Shown here piece by piece: positions 20,823 to 31,693 of a stretch of 64,000 bases of DNA. The stretch lies in the NCBI GenBank assembly GCA_044356725.1, contig JBIKVS010000003.1:34446-98445 (forward strand). Direction: 5' to 3'. Source of the DNA: Minisyncoccia bacterium. Lineage in GTDB: Bacteria; Patescibacteriota; Minisyncoccia; SW-4-49-11. Under the pieces are notes generated by a model. It saw only the letters and a program-made list of their open reading frames with translations, was not told the DNA's origin and ran no database searches. Numbering within the stretch: position 1 is the first letter of the stretch; every line of letters begins with the position of its first letter. The position numbers and the translations under genes were made by a program.

Positions 20823-22094
20823 TTAAGCTTGAAAATTACCAACTAAGCTATAAATTGGGAGTAAAATAGCAACTGCCAAAAATACAACACCTACCCAAAC
20901 TATTATCAATAAAGCCGGTTCTAATAGAACAGCAATGTTCTTAGCAATCTGCTCTGATTCCTGCTCATATCTCTCCCCCAATTGCTCCAATACTTCTGGT
21001 AACTTTCCTGACTCTTCCCCAGCTGTTATAATTTCTTGAGCTGCGAATGGAAGTATTGAATTAGTTCTTTTCTTATTCACCTCAAATATATTATGAAAAC
21101 TTTTACCACTTTGAATATAATTGGCTAAAAATTGGGTGTAGTTTTTGTACATATAATAATCGTGAATTTTAGATAAAGACAATAAAGCCTTCGTGATAGG
21201 AATACCTGAATTTAATAACATTGCAAGGTTATAAGCAAACCTAGAGACCTCAGTTTTAACGATTAAATCATTGAATACTGGTAAATGAAATAATAGCCAC
21301 TGACCAGACTTTCTTGTTGCTGGAAAGACGAAAAGCACTAAAATTGATAGAACCAATGTTCCTACAATTAAAGGTATAATAATATACCAATACTTAGACA
21401 TAAATTCTCCAATTTGGATTAAAATTCTAGTCATTACTGGTAATTTTACATTCATATTCGAGAATACCTGTCCAATTCTAGGCAAAATGAAAGTTGAAAC
21501 TCCTATACCCAAAACTAAAACCAGTGTAAGAACAAATATAGGATAGAATAAGGCCGATCTTAATTGTGCTCTACGCCTTTGATCCTTGTCTAGTGATATA
21601 ACTGTTCTTTTAATTTTATCTGCTAAATTTCCTGATTCTTCACCAATTTGAATTAAAGAAATTAAGAAATCTGGTAAGAAATTATGGTCTTGCATTGTTT
21701 GAGACAAACTACTACCACTTTCCACACTGCTTAACATTGAGTTGAGTGTTTTTTTCAAAGTTTTATCTTGAGTATTTTTATATAATATCCTTAAAGAAGT
21801 ATTTACACCCATACCAGAACCTACTAATAATGCTAGGTTATCTAAAAAGGTTTTTTTTGCTTTAGTAACTTTACTGCTACCTCTTTTCACTTTAGTACGA
21901 GTTGGAGTTTGATTCTGAAATGATTGCTTTGCATACAGTTGCTCAATTTCAGTAAAAACTGACTGATTAGCATTATCTATATTAACATCAGGATTTTGAG
22001 TTTCAATTGTATAATTAGGACTAACAACTTGATCTGTAGTTGTATTTAGATTATTAATCACGTCTTTTGATGTATCTTTTTTCTTAAAAAACAT
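20823..22094 (-). CDS. pilC: Type IV pilus platform protein PilC/GspF
   Basis: Two T2SSF repeats (GEESGNL, GEESGKL); YP and LEP motifs. Confidence 0.92.
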   Translation of the reverse strand: MFFKKKDTSKDVINNLNTTTDQVVSPNYTIETQNPDVNIDNANQSVFTEIEQLYAKQSFQNQTPTRTKVKRGSSKVTKAKKTFLDNLALLVGSGMGVNTSLRILYKNTQDKTLKKTLNSMLSSVESGSSLSQTMQDHNFLPDFLISLIQIGEESGNLADKIKRTVISLDKDQRRRAQLRSALFYPIFVLTLVLVLGIGVSTFILPRIGQVFSNMNVKLPVMTRILIQIGEFMSKYWYIIIPLIVGTLVLSILVLFVFPATRKSGQWLLFHLPVFNDLIVKTEVSRFAYNLAMLLNSGIPITKALLSLSKIHDYYMYKNYTQFLANYIQSGKSFHNIFEVNKKRTNSILPFAAQEIITAGEESGKLPEVLEQLGERYEQESEQIAKNIAVLLEPALLIIVWVGVVFLAVAILLPIYSLVGNFQA

Positions 22095-22099
22095 ATATT

Positions 22100-23833
22100 T
22101 TAACTATATTCTTCTGGTATTTGTGCAACTCTCATAACTTCATCTAATGTAGTAACTCCTATTTTTACTTTTTCTATACCGTCCTCAAATAAGGACATAG
22201 CTCCCTGTTTACGAGCTACTTTAGCTATGATATCAGAGGTAGGTTTATGTAAGACTAGTTCTCTTAATTCTTCTGACATTTCTATCAACTGATAAATTCC
22301 ACTTCTACCTTTATATCCTGTAAATCCACAGTTAGAGCATCCTTTACCTCTATACAATGTTATACTCTCTTCTGAGAAAAATCTTTCAAGTGACTCACCT
22401 ACTGTTTCTTCTAACTCTGTTCTATTTACTGTATAGGTATATACACAAGCTGAACATATTTTACGGACTAATCTTTGAGCTACAATAAGTTGTAATGTTG
22501 TAGAAAGTAAAAATGGGTCAATATCCATATTCAATAGTCTTGGCAAGGTACTTTCCCCATCATTAGCATGAACGGTTGAAAACAACAAATGTCCAGTTAA
22601 AGCTGCATTAATTGCAATTTGAGCTGTTTCATCATCTCTAATCTCTCCTACTAGAATTATATTAGGATCTTGACGCAAAATTGATCGTAACCCACGAGCA
22701 AATGATAGGTCTGTTTCTTTATTAACTTGTATGTGATTAACTCCTTCAATTTTATACTCTACAGGATCTTCAATAGTAGTTATATTTCTACCTTCATCAT
22801 TAACTGTTTTCAATATAGAATAAAGGGTTGTAGATTTCCCTGAACCAGTAGGACCTGTGACCAATACCATTCCAAATGGTTTTTGAGATGCCTTTCTTAA
22901 TGTCTTTATATTTCTCTCATTAAGACCTAATGTGTCTAATGTAATGTTAGATAGTGTATTGGTTAAAACTCTAAGTGCAATTTTTTCTCCATATACAGTT
23001 GGTAAAATTGAAACTCGAACATCTGTAACTTGATTGTTTTTTTGGAAGCGAATGGCACCATCCTGAGGAATAAAATGCTCATCAGTTCTTAATTGTGCAT
23101 TAACTTTAATTAAATTAAGAATATTTTCATAATATGAAAATGGTATTGTTCCAACTTCTTGCAACATACCATCTACCCTAAATCGAATTCTGACACTTTT
23201 ATTATATTGTGGCTCAAAATGTATATCTGATACTCTCTCCTCTAAGGCTTCTTCTATAATTTCCTCTACAATCTCTGGAGCAACTGTGTCAAATTTATCC
23301 ATTATGGATATAAATCTAGAAGATAAGGGGGCCTTATAGTTCAATAGAGATCTGTCTATATCCTGTGTTAAAGAGTATCCAAATTCTATAGGTTTTTGGA
23401 ATAACTTGATAAGCTCTTGACTTAAATCTTTCTCTTCTATAATTTCTTTTTTCCCCCCAATAAATCCAGTTTTCTCTTCTCTTTTTATAATCAACTTAGC
23501 ATTACCCTGCAATACAACCGGATTATCTGATGCAACTTGTATTTTATCAGCTAAGTCTTTGAAATACACTAATCTTAACTCACGAGCTACAGACTCGGGA
23601 ATTTTCATAACATCATCTTTAGCTGGAATAAAAGTATTTAAATCAAAGTAAGAAACTCCCCAGCTCTCTGCTAAAGCTTGCCCTATAATATCATACGTAA
23701 TAATATTATTCTGAACTAAATAATCTATAGCAATAGCTGGGTCATTGTTAGTACTAGAAAGGGCTAACTTACAGTCATCTAAAGCTATATATTGCGTATT
23801 TACTAATAGATCTAATATTTCTTTTGGTTCCAT
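22100..23833 (-). CDS. pilB: Type IV pilus assembly ATPase PilB/GspE
   Basis: GPTGSGKST, TIEDPVE, LRQDP, GEIRD, TGHL; CxxC...CxxC. Confidence 0.95.
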   Translation of the reverse strand: MEPKEILDLLVNTQYIALDDCKLALSSTNNDPAIAIDYLVQNNIITYDIIGQALAESWGVSYFDLNTFIPAKDDVMKIPESVARELRLVYFKDLADKIQVASDNPVVLQGNAKLIIKREEKTGFIGGKKEIIEEKDLSQELIKLFQKPIEFGYSLTQDIDRSLLNYKAPLSSRFISIMDKFDTVAPEIVEEIIEEALEERVSDIHFEPQYNKSVRIRFRVDGMLQEVGTIPFSYYENILNLIKVNAQLRTDEHFIPQDGAIRFQKNNQVTDVRVSILPTVYGEKIALRVLTNTLSNITLDTLGLNERNIKTLRKASQKPFGMVLVTGPTGSGKSTTLYSILKTVNDEGRNITTIEDPVEYKIEGVNHIQVNKETDLSFARGLRSILRQDPNIILVGEIRDDETAQIAINAALTGHLLFSTVHANDGESTLPRLLNMDIDPFLLSTTLQLIVAQRLVRKICSACVYTYTVNRTELEETVGESLERFFSEESITLYRGKGCSNCGFTGYKGRSGIYQLIEMSEELRELVLHKPTSDIIAKVARKQGAMSLFEDGIEKVKIGVTTLDEVMRVAQIPEEYS

Positions 23834-23881
23834 AATATATTTTTTAATTTTAATATTTTAATTATATCATAAAATATAACT

Positions 23882-24247
23882 TTATGTAATCAGAACTTGT
23901 TTCACGGATTCAGCTAACTGACTAATTGAAACTTCTGATTTTACATAATAAGCAGTTATACCTAGCTTCTCAACACGAGTCCTATCTTCAGGTTGTCCTA
24001 AATTAGTCATAATAATTACCTTAGTAGATTTACTTTTTTTCCTAATAGATTCTAATATTGTAAATCCATCAGCGCCTGGCAATATTAAGTCTAGCAGAAT
24101 ACAGTCAAAATCTTGTTTATCTATAATACCAAGAGCAATAGTACCATCGTTGGCCACAGTGGTATCAAGTCCAATTTGCTTAAGCTTTAAATCTAAAACT
24201 CGTGCTATAGCTGGCTCATCTTCTATAATTAAAACTTTATATGACAT
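23882..24247 (-). CDS. Single-domain response regulator (CheY-like)
   Basis: IIEDE, LLDLILPG.DG, T and K receiver residues; no output domain. Confidence 0.9.
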   Translation of the reverse strand: MSYKVLIIEDEPAIARVLDLKLKQIGLDTTVANDGTIALGIIDKQDFDCILLDLILPGADGFTILESIRKKSKSTKVIIMTNLGQPEDRTRVEKLGITAYYVKSEVSISQLAESVKQVLIT

Positions 24248-24275
24248 AATCTTTGATATATTTAAATTTATTATA

Positions 24276-25874
24276 TCACAGTTGACTTTTTATAACAATC
24301 GGTAATTCTAAAAAGAAAGTAGTTCCTTGATTTTCTTTTGATTCAAACCATACCGAACCATTCATAAGTTCAATTAATTTTTTAACTATATAAAGTCCTA
24401 GTCCATTACCATCTGGCTGACAGTTTTTAGCATTGTCTGCTCTAAATAATCTACCGAAAATTTGTGATTGTTGTGATTCTGGGATACCAATTCCTGTGTC
24501 TGAAATTGTTATCATTAATCTATTTTTATCTACTGCCTTATCAACTGTTAATCTAATTTTACCATTTTGATTGCTATATTTAATAGCATTATGTAATATG
24601 TTCAAAAATATTATATCTAAATATATTGGGTCGTTTTCTATTGATTGAGTAAAAGGTATATCTTTTTCAAATGTTAAATTTTTTAAATCTATTTCTGATT
24701 GTAAGGTCTTTGACAATGACTCTATATATGTGCTTAAATCAATTTCTTGAGTACTAAATTGAATTTTACCTAAATCAATTCTAGATAAATTTAATAATGA
24801 ATTGACTAACTTCTCCATTCGATTACCTTCTTTATATATATCATTAGCTGCAATACGAACCTCATCATCAATAGAATTATTGGACAAAATAATTTCTGAA
24901 TTCCATTTAATGGAGGTAATGGGAGTCCGCAACTGATGTGAGGCAAGTGATACAAACTCTTTTTGAGCCCTCTCCGTTGTACGTTCTTGAGTAGTATCAC
25001 GAAGGATATATACAGAACCTAATATATCCTTATCCAATATAATAGGATTGGATGTATTCTCTAAAATTATATTTTTTTTCTTATTATTAGAGATGTAATT
25101 AAAAATACTTGTATATCTGTTTTTAGGGTTAATATTAAATTCTTCCTTACCATCAGAAATAGATTTATCTTCATTTAATTGTATATCTGGTAAGACATTG
25201 TAGATAAATTTACCAAGTATATCATTAACTCTTAAATCTAAAATATTTTCTAACTCTTTATTTACTAAAAATATATTCCCATCTTTACTTGTTACTAGAA
25301 GTCCATTTGGAAGGGAATCAATAATAGCATTTGTCTTTGCCTTTTCCAATTCTAATAATTTTTGTTGGCTTTCTAACTGCTTTACTAAATTAGCCAACTC
25401 CTGTTTAGAGTCAGCTAATTCCTGATTTTGCTGCATTAACTCACTTAGTTTGTTCAAATAGCTCTCAGTACTTAAAGATAAATTAATTTTATTAGTCAGT
25501 GATGATCTATTCAACTGATATAGTGAGTTATTAACAAATTCATTTAAATATATCACCTGTGCTTTGTCTATTGAATCTTTATTAACTAAATTAGATACTG
25601 TTTCAGAAATAATATTCAATGTTTCATAAACTGGTTTAATGATACCTATGTATAATGTATAAGAGAAAAACCAACCTATGACAAATAATAATATAACTAC
25701 CCCTATTAACAAGTGAGTGACTGAATCTGAATATATTATATCGATACCACCAGTATACCGCAAATAAGCTAACCCTATAATAATAATATAGAGTATACTT
25801 GTAAATAATAATACTAATGCTGTAAATACACGAAACATTACTGACTTAATTAATGGATTAGATTTTGTATTCAT
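24276..25874 (-). CDS. PAS-containing sensor histidine kinase
   Basis: Two TMs, PAS-like region, SHQLRTP H-box, NAIKYS, DTGIGI and GNGLGL boxes. Confidence 0.93.
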   Translation of the reverse strand: MNTKSNPLIKSVMFRVFTALVLLFTSILYIIIIGLAYLRYTGGIDIIYSDSVTHLLIGVVILLFVIGWFFSYTLYIGIIKPVYETLNIISETVSNLVNKDSIDKAQVIYLNEFVNNSLYQLNRSSLTNKINLSLSTESYLNKLSELMQQNQELADSKQELANLVKQLESQQKLLELEKAKTNAIIDSLPNGLLVTSKDGNIFLVNKELENILDLRVNDILGKFIYNVLPDIQLNEDKSISDGKEEFNINPKNRYTSIFNYISNNKKKNIILENTSNPIILDKDILGSVYILRDTTQERTTERAQKEFVSLASHQLRTPITSIKWNSEIILSNNSIDDEVRIAANDIYKEGNRMEKLVNSLLNLSRIDLGKIQFSTQEIDLSTYIESLSKTLQSEIDLKNLTFEKDIPFTQSIENDPIYLDIIFLNILHNAIKYSNQNGKIRLTVDKAVDKNRLMITISDTGIGIPESQQSQIFGRLFRADNAKNCQPDGNGLGLYIVKKLIELMNGSVWFESKENQGTTFFLELPIVIKSQL

Positions 25875-25878
25875 ATTT

Positions 25879-26313
25879 TTATTCTATAGTGTTAATAATA
25901 ACTCCATTTTCGGCTAAAGGAGCTGAGACTATTACCCTCCCCTGATTATTTACATACACAGCATAGCCAGTAATATCTTCTCCCTGTTGCTGAGGGTCTA
26001 TAGGAATGTTCCCAAAAGGAATATAAGCTTCTAAATCTGAACTGATATCTATTTTACTATTATCTAGAGTACAGCCTGGCTGACAAATACTCTTAATATC
26101 ATTTGTAACACCAGTAGGTAAATTTCCAGAATTAATATCTCTATATTGATTTATTGCTGTATAGATAGTCATTACATCCGCTTGTCTTTGAGCATTATTA
26201 ATGTCTGCAATTTGTTGTCCTGGATTAATCAATCTAAACAGAATAACCATCAATATACTAACTAAAGTCATAACTAATAATATTTCTAATAATGTAAATG
26301 CTTTTTTATTCAT
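25879..26313 (-). CDS. Type IV pilin (candidate major pilin)
   Basis: KKA|FTLLEILLV; 144 aa; CxxxC. Confidence 0.85.
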   Translation of the reverse strand: MNKKAFTLLEILLVMTLVSILMVILFRLINPGQQIADINNAQRQADVMTIYTAINQYRDINSGNLPTGVTNDIKSICQPGCTLDNSKIDISSDLEAYIPFGNIPIDPQQQGEDITGYAVYVNNQGRVIVSAPLAENGVIINTIE

Positions 26314-26873
26314 TATGGTGTATTGTCATTGAATACATTATTTATATCACCTAAATTATCGTCAACTAGTCTATAATTAGCACTCTCAGCACTTACCCCT
26401 GTTGGTTTCTTAGTCATATTAATGAGTGTCTCTTTAAGTTCTATATCTTCCGTATCTCCCTCTGGATTGATTTGATAAGTTACTTTCACTGTTACTAACT
26501 TAGCATCTGGAGTTACATCATTTTCAATTCTAACTCTACGAGTACGCACTGGATTATCTAATTTATCTTGTGAAGAAATTGGCGCTAAAATAAGATTCCA
26601 CTCACCATTTTCAAATGACAGCCCAAACTCTGCTCCACTAGGATTATTATCAAGATCATCTGTATTAATTAATAAAGAATAATCTTTATCTCTAATTGAC
26701 TTTAAAGCTATAATACCTTCCTTAGCCATAGCTAAAGCCTGACTTTGAGAGATACTAGACTGATTGTTCCTCTGAGCTATAAGCATAGAGGCAACTATAC
26801 CAGCTATGGCTAAAGCTAAAATTGAACCTGCCAACAAAACTTCTATAATACTATAACCTTTTTTATATAACAT
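26313..26873 (-). CDS. Minor pilin (PilV-like)
   Basis: KKG|YSIIEVLLA; A.EGI.AL.SIR motif. Confidence 0.8.
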   Translation of the reverse strand: MLYKKGYSIIEVLLAGSILALAIAGIVASMLIAQRNNQSSISQSQALAMAKEGIIALKSIRDKDYSLLINTDDLDNNPSGAEFGLSFENGEWNLILAPISSQDKLDNPVRTRRVRIENDVTPDAKLVTVKVTYQINPEGDTEDIELKETLINMTKKPTGVSAESANYRLVDDNLGDINNVFNDNTP

Positions 26874-26907
26874 ATTTATTTTATAACTTGTTTATAATCT
26901 TATATTA

Positions 26908-27966
26908 TCATATTTTAGTATTTTTGACAATGAATTTGGTTATAGAAAAAGAAATTATAATGAGAGTTCCCATTCCAACAACAAATATAATTAATTTACC
27001 TCTGGTTTCTAAGGTTAAGGCTGATATTCCAAATATTATACTAATTGTATACATAATTGCTACAGATATTCTTTGACTTAGTCCAGCTTGTAATAATTTG
27101 TGATGAAAATGCCTATTATCTGCCTCAAATATAGATTTTTGGTTCCATATTCTTTGAGAAATGACTACAATAGCATCTATAATTGGAAAAGCCAAAACTA
27201 AAGCAGAAGTAGCTATTTTTCCTCCACTAATTAAAGATAAAACAGCCAACATATAGCCTAGAAACATACTACCATAAGTCCCTAAGAATATTTTTGATGG
27301 ATGCCAGTTAAATTTTAAAAAACCCAAATAAATACCTGTTAATATAATTGTAATAAGAGCAATATGAGGCTGATTTACAAATAACGTTAACGATAATATA
27401 AACAAAGTTATAAATCCAATTATACCAACCCCTCCAGCTAATCCGTCTATTCCATCTAGCCAATTTACTACATTCATAAGTCCTACAATCCAAAGTGCTG
27501 TTATGATATCTTGAGGAAAGACAATTCCAAAAAATTTATAGCTATCTATAAACCACAAATCTCCATTTGGCAAATTAATAGCTTGGATACCGACCCCAGA
27601 CCAAATCACAATACCAGCTATACCGAATTGCCAAATAAATTGACTACTCCAATGTAGATCTAATTTTTCATCTATATATCCATATATCAATATTCCAATA
27701 GCTCCTAATATCATTCCCAGAAATTCATTTTGCCAAGGTAATAATCCTGTACTTAAAAGAGTAAGCGTTGTTAGTATAAATATAGGTATAATTACTAAAC
27801 CACCAATCTTAGGTTTAATGCCACTGTGAATGTCTCTTTTACGGACTTTACTGTCAAAAATTTTTTCTGTCCATTTTTTAGATAATATGAATCTAAAGCT
27901 AAAAAATGTTATAAAATAAACTACATTAAGAACTCCAATATATATCCATATATTATCCCACTCCAT
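26908..27966 (-). CDS. Polyprenyl-phosphate GlcNAc-1-phosphate transferase (WecA/TagO, MraY family)
   Basis: PKIGG, NVVNWLDGIDGLA, FNWHPSKIFLG and ADNRHFHHKL motifs. Confidence 0.88.
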   Translation of the reverse strand: MEWDNIWIYIGVLNVVYFITFFSFRFILSKKWTEKIFDSKVRKRDIHSGIKPKIGGLVIIPIFILTTLTLLSTGLLPWQNEFLGMILGAIGILIYGYIDEKLDLHWSSQFIWQFGIAGIVIWSGVGIQAINLPNGDLWFIDSYKFFGIVFPQDIITALWIVGLMNVVNWLDGIDGLAGGVGIIGFITLFILSLTLFVNQPHIALITIILTGIYLGFLKFNWHPSKIFLGTYGSMFLGYMLAVLSLISGGKIATSALVLAFPIIDAIVVISQRIWNQKSIFEADNRHFHHKLLQAGLSQRISVAIMYTISIIFGISALTLETRGKLIIFVVGMGTLIIISFSITKFIVKNTKI

Positions 27967-27968
27967 AC

Positions 27969-28490
27969 TTAAGCAGCTACTTTAACTCGAGCGGAACGGA
28001 TTAAACTTCCATTTAATTTATACCCTACTTGTAAAACCTCTATAATAGTATTTTGTTTAGAACTATCTTCTAGCTCAATGCTATCAACAGCCTCATATAT
28101 ATTAGGATTAAATATCTCTCCAACAGGATCAATGATTTCAACACCCTCATCAATTAAAATATCTTGCAGTTGTTTATGAATATATACTATACCTTGAACC
28201 CAATTATTATCTTGTAATTCTACTGGTAGATGCTTGGTAGCTAATGCAAAGTTATCAAATACTGGGATTAGATTTTCGATTAAACCTTTATTAGCTAATT
28301 TAATACTATCTAATCTAGCTTTTTCTGATTCTTTCTTTAGATTCTGATAATCTGCTTGTGCTCTTTGCCAACCAGCTAGATTATAAGCTGACTCCTCTTT
28401 GATTGTTTCAAGTAATTGCTCCAAATCTAAATTTTCTTGAGGTTGATTCTTATTATTAATTTCTTCCGTTTGATTATCTTTCTTCTTCAT
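27969..28490 (-). CDS. grpE: Nucleotide exchange factor GrpE
   Basis: RAQADYQNLKK, PVFDNF and GYKL...LIRSARVKV motifs. Confidence 0.95.
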   Translation of the reverse strand: MKKKDNQTEEINNKNQPQENLDLEQLLETIKEESAYNLAGWQRAQADYQNLKKESEKARLDSIKLANKGLIENLIPVFDNFALATKHLPVELQDNNWVQGIVYIHKQLQDILIDEGVEIIDPVGEIFNPNIYEAVDSIELEDSSKQNTIIEVLQVGYKLNGSLIRSARVKVAA

Positions 28491-29196
28491 AATTATTACT
28501 ATTAAGCATATATTCTACCATGGCTATATTCTTTGCATATTGCATACCTTTTGGTCCAACTACAACTATTGTACCATCATCTGAGTCAATTGAAAACTTT
28601 CCTACTATAACAGAATATTTGTGCATGGAAGTGTGTGGACTTTCCTCCCCAATATATAGTTTATAGCTACCATGACCAACATCTTTACTAATTTCATCAA
28701 TATGAGATTTAATTTCCTCTAAATCATCAAGCGCATCTCTAATGAACTCTACTGATGAAAACCCTGGTTGTGTTAAAAAATTAGACATACCTTCTTCAAA
28801 GATCAAATCTGATGATAATTTACCCATCGCTACATTTCCTGATTCATGTGCAAAAGATAATAATAGTTTTTTTAGCTTAAGATGAATTTCACTCATCTTA
28901 TTCATATCATTCAGTAGTTTATGAGTGACTGACGCATATTGACGCAGAATTTCTTGTCTCCCTAAAAGTCTGTTTACATAATATCTATAGCCTTGGTCTG
29001 TTGGGATTCTACCCGATGATGTATGAACTTGTTTTAAATAACCTTCTTCTTCTAATTCAGCCAATTCATTTCTAATAGTAGCACTAGAGTATGGTAGTTG
29101 ATATTTTTTCTGAATTGTAAAGGATGACACAGGCTGAGCTGTATCGATATAATCAAGGATTACATATTCTAAAAATTGTTCTTTTCTACTGTCCAT
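28474..29196 (-). CDS. hrcA: Heat-inducible repressor HrcA (short form)
   Basis: SSATIRNELA.LE..GYL.Q.HTSSGRIPTD.GYRYYV; C-terminal VVGPKGM.Y. Confidence 0.92.
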   Translation of the reverse strand: MDSRKEQFLEYVILDYIDTAQPVSSFTIQKKYQLPYSSATIRNELAELEEEGYLKQVHTSSGRIPTDQGYRYYVNRLLGRQEILRQYASVTHKLLNDMNKMSEIHLKLKKLLLSFAHESGNVAMGKLSSDLIFEEGMSNFLTQPGFSSVEFIRDALDDLEEIKSHIDEISKDVGHGSYKLYIGEESPHTSMHKYSVIVGKFSIDSDDGTIVVVGPKGMQYAKNIAMVEYMLNSNNYEEER

Positions 29197-29245
29197 ATGT
29201 ACACATTATAGCATATAATTAACATTTTTTCAATGTTTGAGTTTG

Positions 29246-31693
29246 TTATTTATCTATAATATCATTTAATTGTACTTTGATTATGTCTCCTCTTTTTATT
29301 GAATGTATTAAAAGATAATTAGCTAAATATGTCTCTAAGATTGATGATATAGTACGCTCTAATTCACGAGCACCAAAGTCGGGATTGTAGCCTTTTTCTG
29401 CTAAATATCTAATAACCTCATTATCCACCTCAAGCCTAACACCCCTTTCCTCATCAAAGCTTTGAATCATACCTTCTATTATTTTACTAGCTATTTCACT
29501 TACAGTGTCTATATCTAATGGATAGTACACTATTACATCTGTAAATCTGTTAATAAATTCTGGAGCAAATTCTTTCCCTTTTATAATAGTATCTATTAAT
29601 TCTTGTTTAAATATTGTTTTATCAAATTCAGGATGACTTTTTATAAATTCTCTTAGGAATAAAGAACCTGCATTCGATGTAGCAATAATAATTGAGTTCC
29701 TAAAATCAGTTCTAATACCTCTATTATCCGTCAAAAATCCTTCGTCTAAAATTTGTAAAAATATATTCAAAACTTGTCTGTGAGCCTTTTCTATTTCATC
29801 TAACAATATAAGTGAGAAAGGCTTGTCTTGCACTTTCTTAGTAAGGAAACCTTCTTGAAAAAGGTTATCTTCCCCTGCCGGAGCTCCTAGAATGCCATAA
29901 ACCGATTCCTCGCTTCCAAATTCATTCATATCTAATCTAATCATTCTGTCACTCGATCCAAAATAATGCTTAGCCAAAGCTTTGGCGGTTTCAGTTTTAC
30001 CGACTCCAGTGGGACCTAAGAAAAGAAATGTGCCTATAGGTTTATCTCTTGCCTTTACATCTAATTGAGCTCTTTTCAATGAGTTCACTAAGGCAAGTAT
30101 ACCTTCTGGTTGCCCTTTAATCTCAGATTGCAATTTGGTTTCTAGAGATATTAAAATATCTTTTTCATCATTTTGTAAAGTATTAACATTAATATTAACC
30201 CTTTCTGAAACAACTGTTCTAATATGACTTTCGAGTACAAAAGGATTGCCCTCGATATTAGCTTGATTCACCGCATCTGATAGTATTTCTACGGCTTTAC
30301 CAGGAAAACCACCCTTACTAACATATCTTTCTGAAAAACTCATCACCGCCCTTAGAGATTGATATGTAATATATTTATTATACATTCTAGACAAATCAAA
30401 AGATGTCATCATTAATACATACATAGTGTCTTCTTTGGAAGCATCCTCCACCGTAATATCTTCAAACAAACTATCAATCACTGGAAAACTTTTCACACCA
30501 CTATGATATCCCTCTGGATTATCAAGCCCAATCACATTAATAATATTGGAATTTAAAAACTTAATAATAATATTCCTAATTTCATCGTTGGCTGATAAAA
30601 ATAACTCTGATATATTTTCAATGACTAGAATTATATTACCTGACTTCTCTGCATAATTTAAAGCTTTGAGTAAATATTGTGGGGCTTCTGGAGTACCTGA
30701 AATTAAATCAGTTGTATTCAATTTCAAGACTCGACTTAGATTTTTGTTTTTCTCTATTTGATATTGCCTAATTGTAAAGGCCAAATTACTAATAAGGGAT
30801 CTTTTCCCAACACCTATATTTCCTAAAATAAGGATATTATGCCGATTAGAATTAGATAAATTAGTTAAGACTCGCCTTAAGATATCTTGATGGATAATAA
30901 CTCTATGAGGGTCTCTATGTACTATAGATTCTGTAATATCATCAGTAATTCTATCTAAGTCATTAGTATAACCAATGGTCCAAGAACGCCCCAATGAACC
31001 AAAACTTTTATATACTCCCTCTGGACTCCACGTGGGTATTACCTTACTATTACTATAATATAAAGCCTCCCAAGCTATAATTTGCAAAAAATCTTCTTTA
31101 GATAAATCTAATTGATCTAATAATGTTTTGAATATTCCTCCTTGTTCAAACAATAAATATAATAAAATATGAGAACCTATACGTGGCTCTTCCCAAGATA
31201 TACTGAGATTATTAGCCTGATCTAAAAACTCATCCACTGAGATTAAATTTCTACTATTCTCTAACCCTAAATCTTTTAGCTTAGCATAAAATTCATTTGG
31301 GACTAAACCCATATACGTTAGTATAGTCTTTCCACGACTACTTTTAGTAATTGCCCTGATTAATTGTAAATAGGTAAGTTTTTTAGGGAAATACTTTACT
31401 AAATATTGAGCTGTATCATAATCTAATATTTCAGCATAATTATTAGCCAAAATAAACTCATCTTGATTAGATCGTAATTTTAGCACTACGAACAAATAAG
31501 CTACAATATACAGATAAATGCTTGTGAATGCTAATATAGCTGCAAGAAGATAGTTACCTGTTGTATAACCAATTACTGATGCTAATATAATAAATATAAT
31601 CCATAATAAATAACTTACAAAATTGAAAATAAATTTGTCTATTATATTACTCAGAAAAGTTCTAGTGTGGTATATAGAATAAAAATATTTCAT
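29246..31693 (-). CDS. Clp/Hsp100-family AAA+ ATPase with N-terminal membrane anchor
   Basis: Intact D2 (FLGPTGVGKTE, RLDMNEF, LLDEIEKAH, GAREL); degenerate D1; two N-terminal TMs. Confidence 0.85.
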   Translation of the reverse strand: MKYFYSIYHTRTFLSNIIDKFIFNFVSYLLWIIFIILASVIGYTTGNYLLAAILAFTSIYLYIVAYLFVVLKLRSNQDEFILANNYAEILDYDTAQYLVKYFPKKLTYLQLIRAITKSSRGKTILTYMGLVPNEFYAKLKDLGLENSRNLISVDEFLDQANNLSISWEEPRIGSHILLYLLFEQGGIFKTLLDQLDLSKEDFLQIIAWEALYYSNSKVIPTWSPEGVYKSFGSLGRSWTIGYTNDLDRITDDITESIVHRDPHRVIIHQDILRRVLTNLSNSNRHNILILGNIGVGKRSLISNLAFTIRQYQIEKNKNLSRVLKLNTTDLISGTPEAPQYLLKALNYAEKSGNIILVIENISELFLSANDEIRNIIIKFLNSNIINVIGLDNPEGYHSGVKSFPVIDSLFEDITVEDASKEDTMYVLMMTSFDLSRMYNKYITYQSLRAVMSFSERYVSKGGFPGKAVEILSDAVNQANIEGNPFVLESHIRTVVSERVNINVNTLQNDEKDILISLETKLQSEIKGQPEGILALVNSLKRAQLDVKARDKPIGTFLFLGPTGVGKTETAKALAKHYFGSSDRMIRLDMNEFGSEESVYGILGAPAGEDNLFQEGFLTKKVQDKPFSLILLDEIEKAHRQVLNIFLQILDEGFLTDNRGIRTDFRNSIIIATSNAGSLFLREFIKSHPEFDKTIFKQELIDTIIKGKEFAPEFINRFTDVIVYYPLDIDTVSEIASKIIEGMIQSFDEERGVRLEVDNEVIRYLAEKGYNPDFGARELERTISSILETYLANYLLIHSIKRGDIIKVQLNDIIDK

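Noticed and set aside
26377-26385. TTAGCACTC CIRCE half-site
   Set aside because: No second arm, and it lies inside a coding region.
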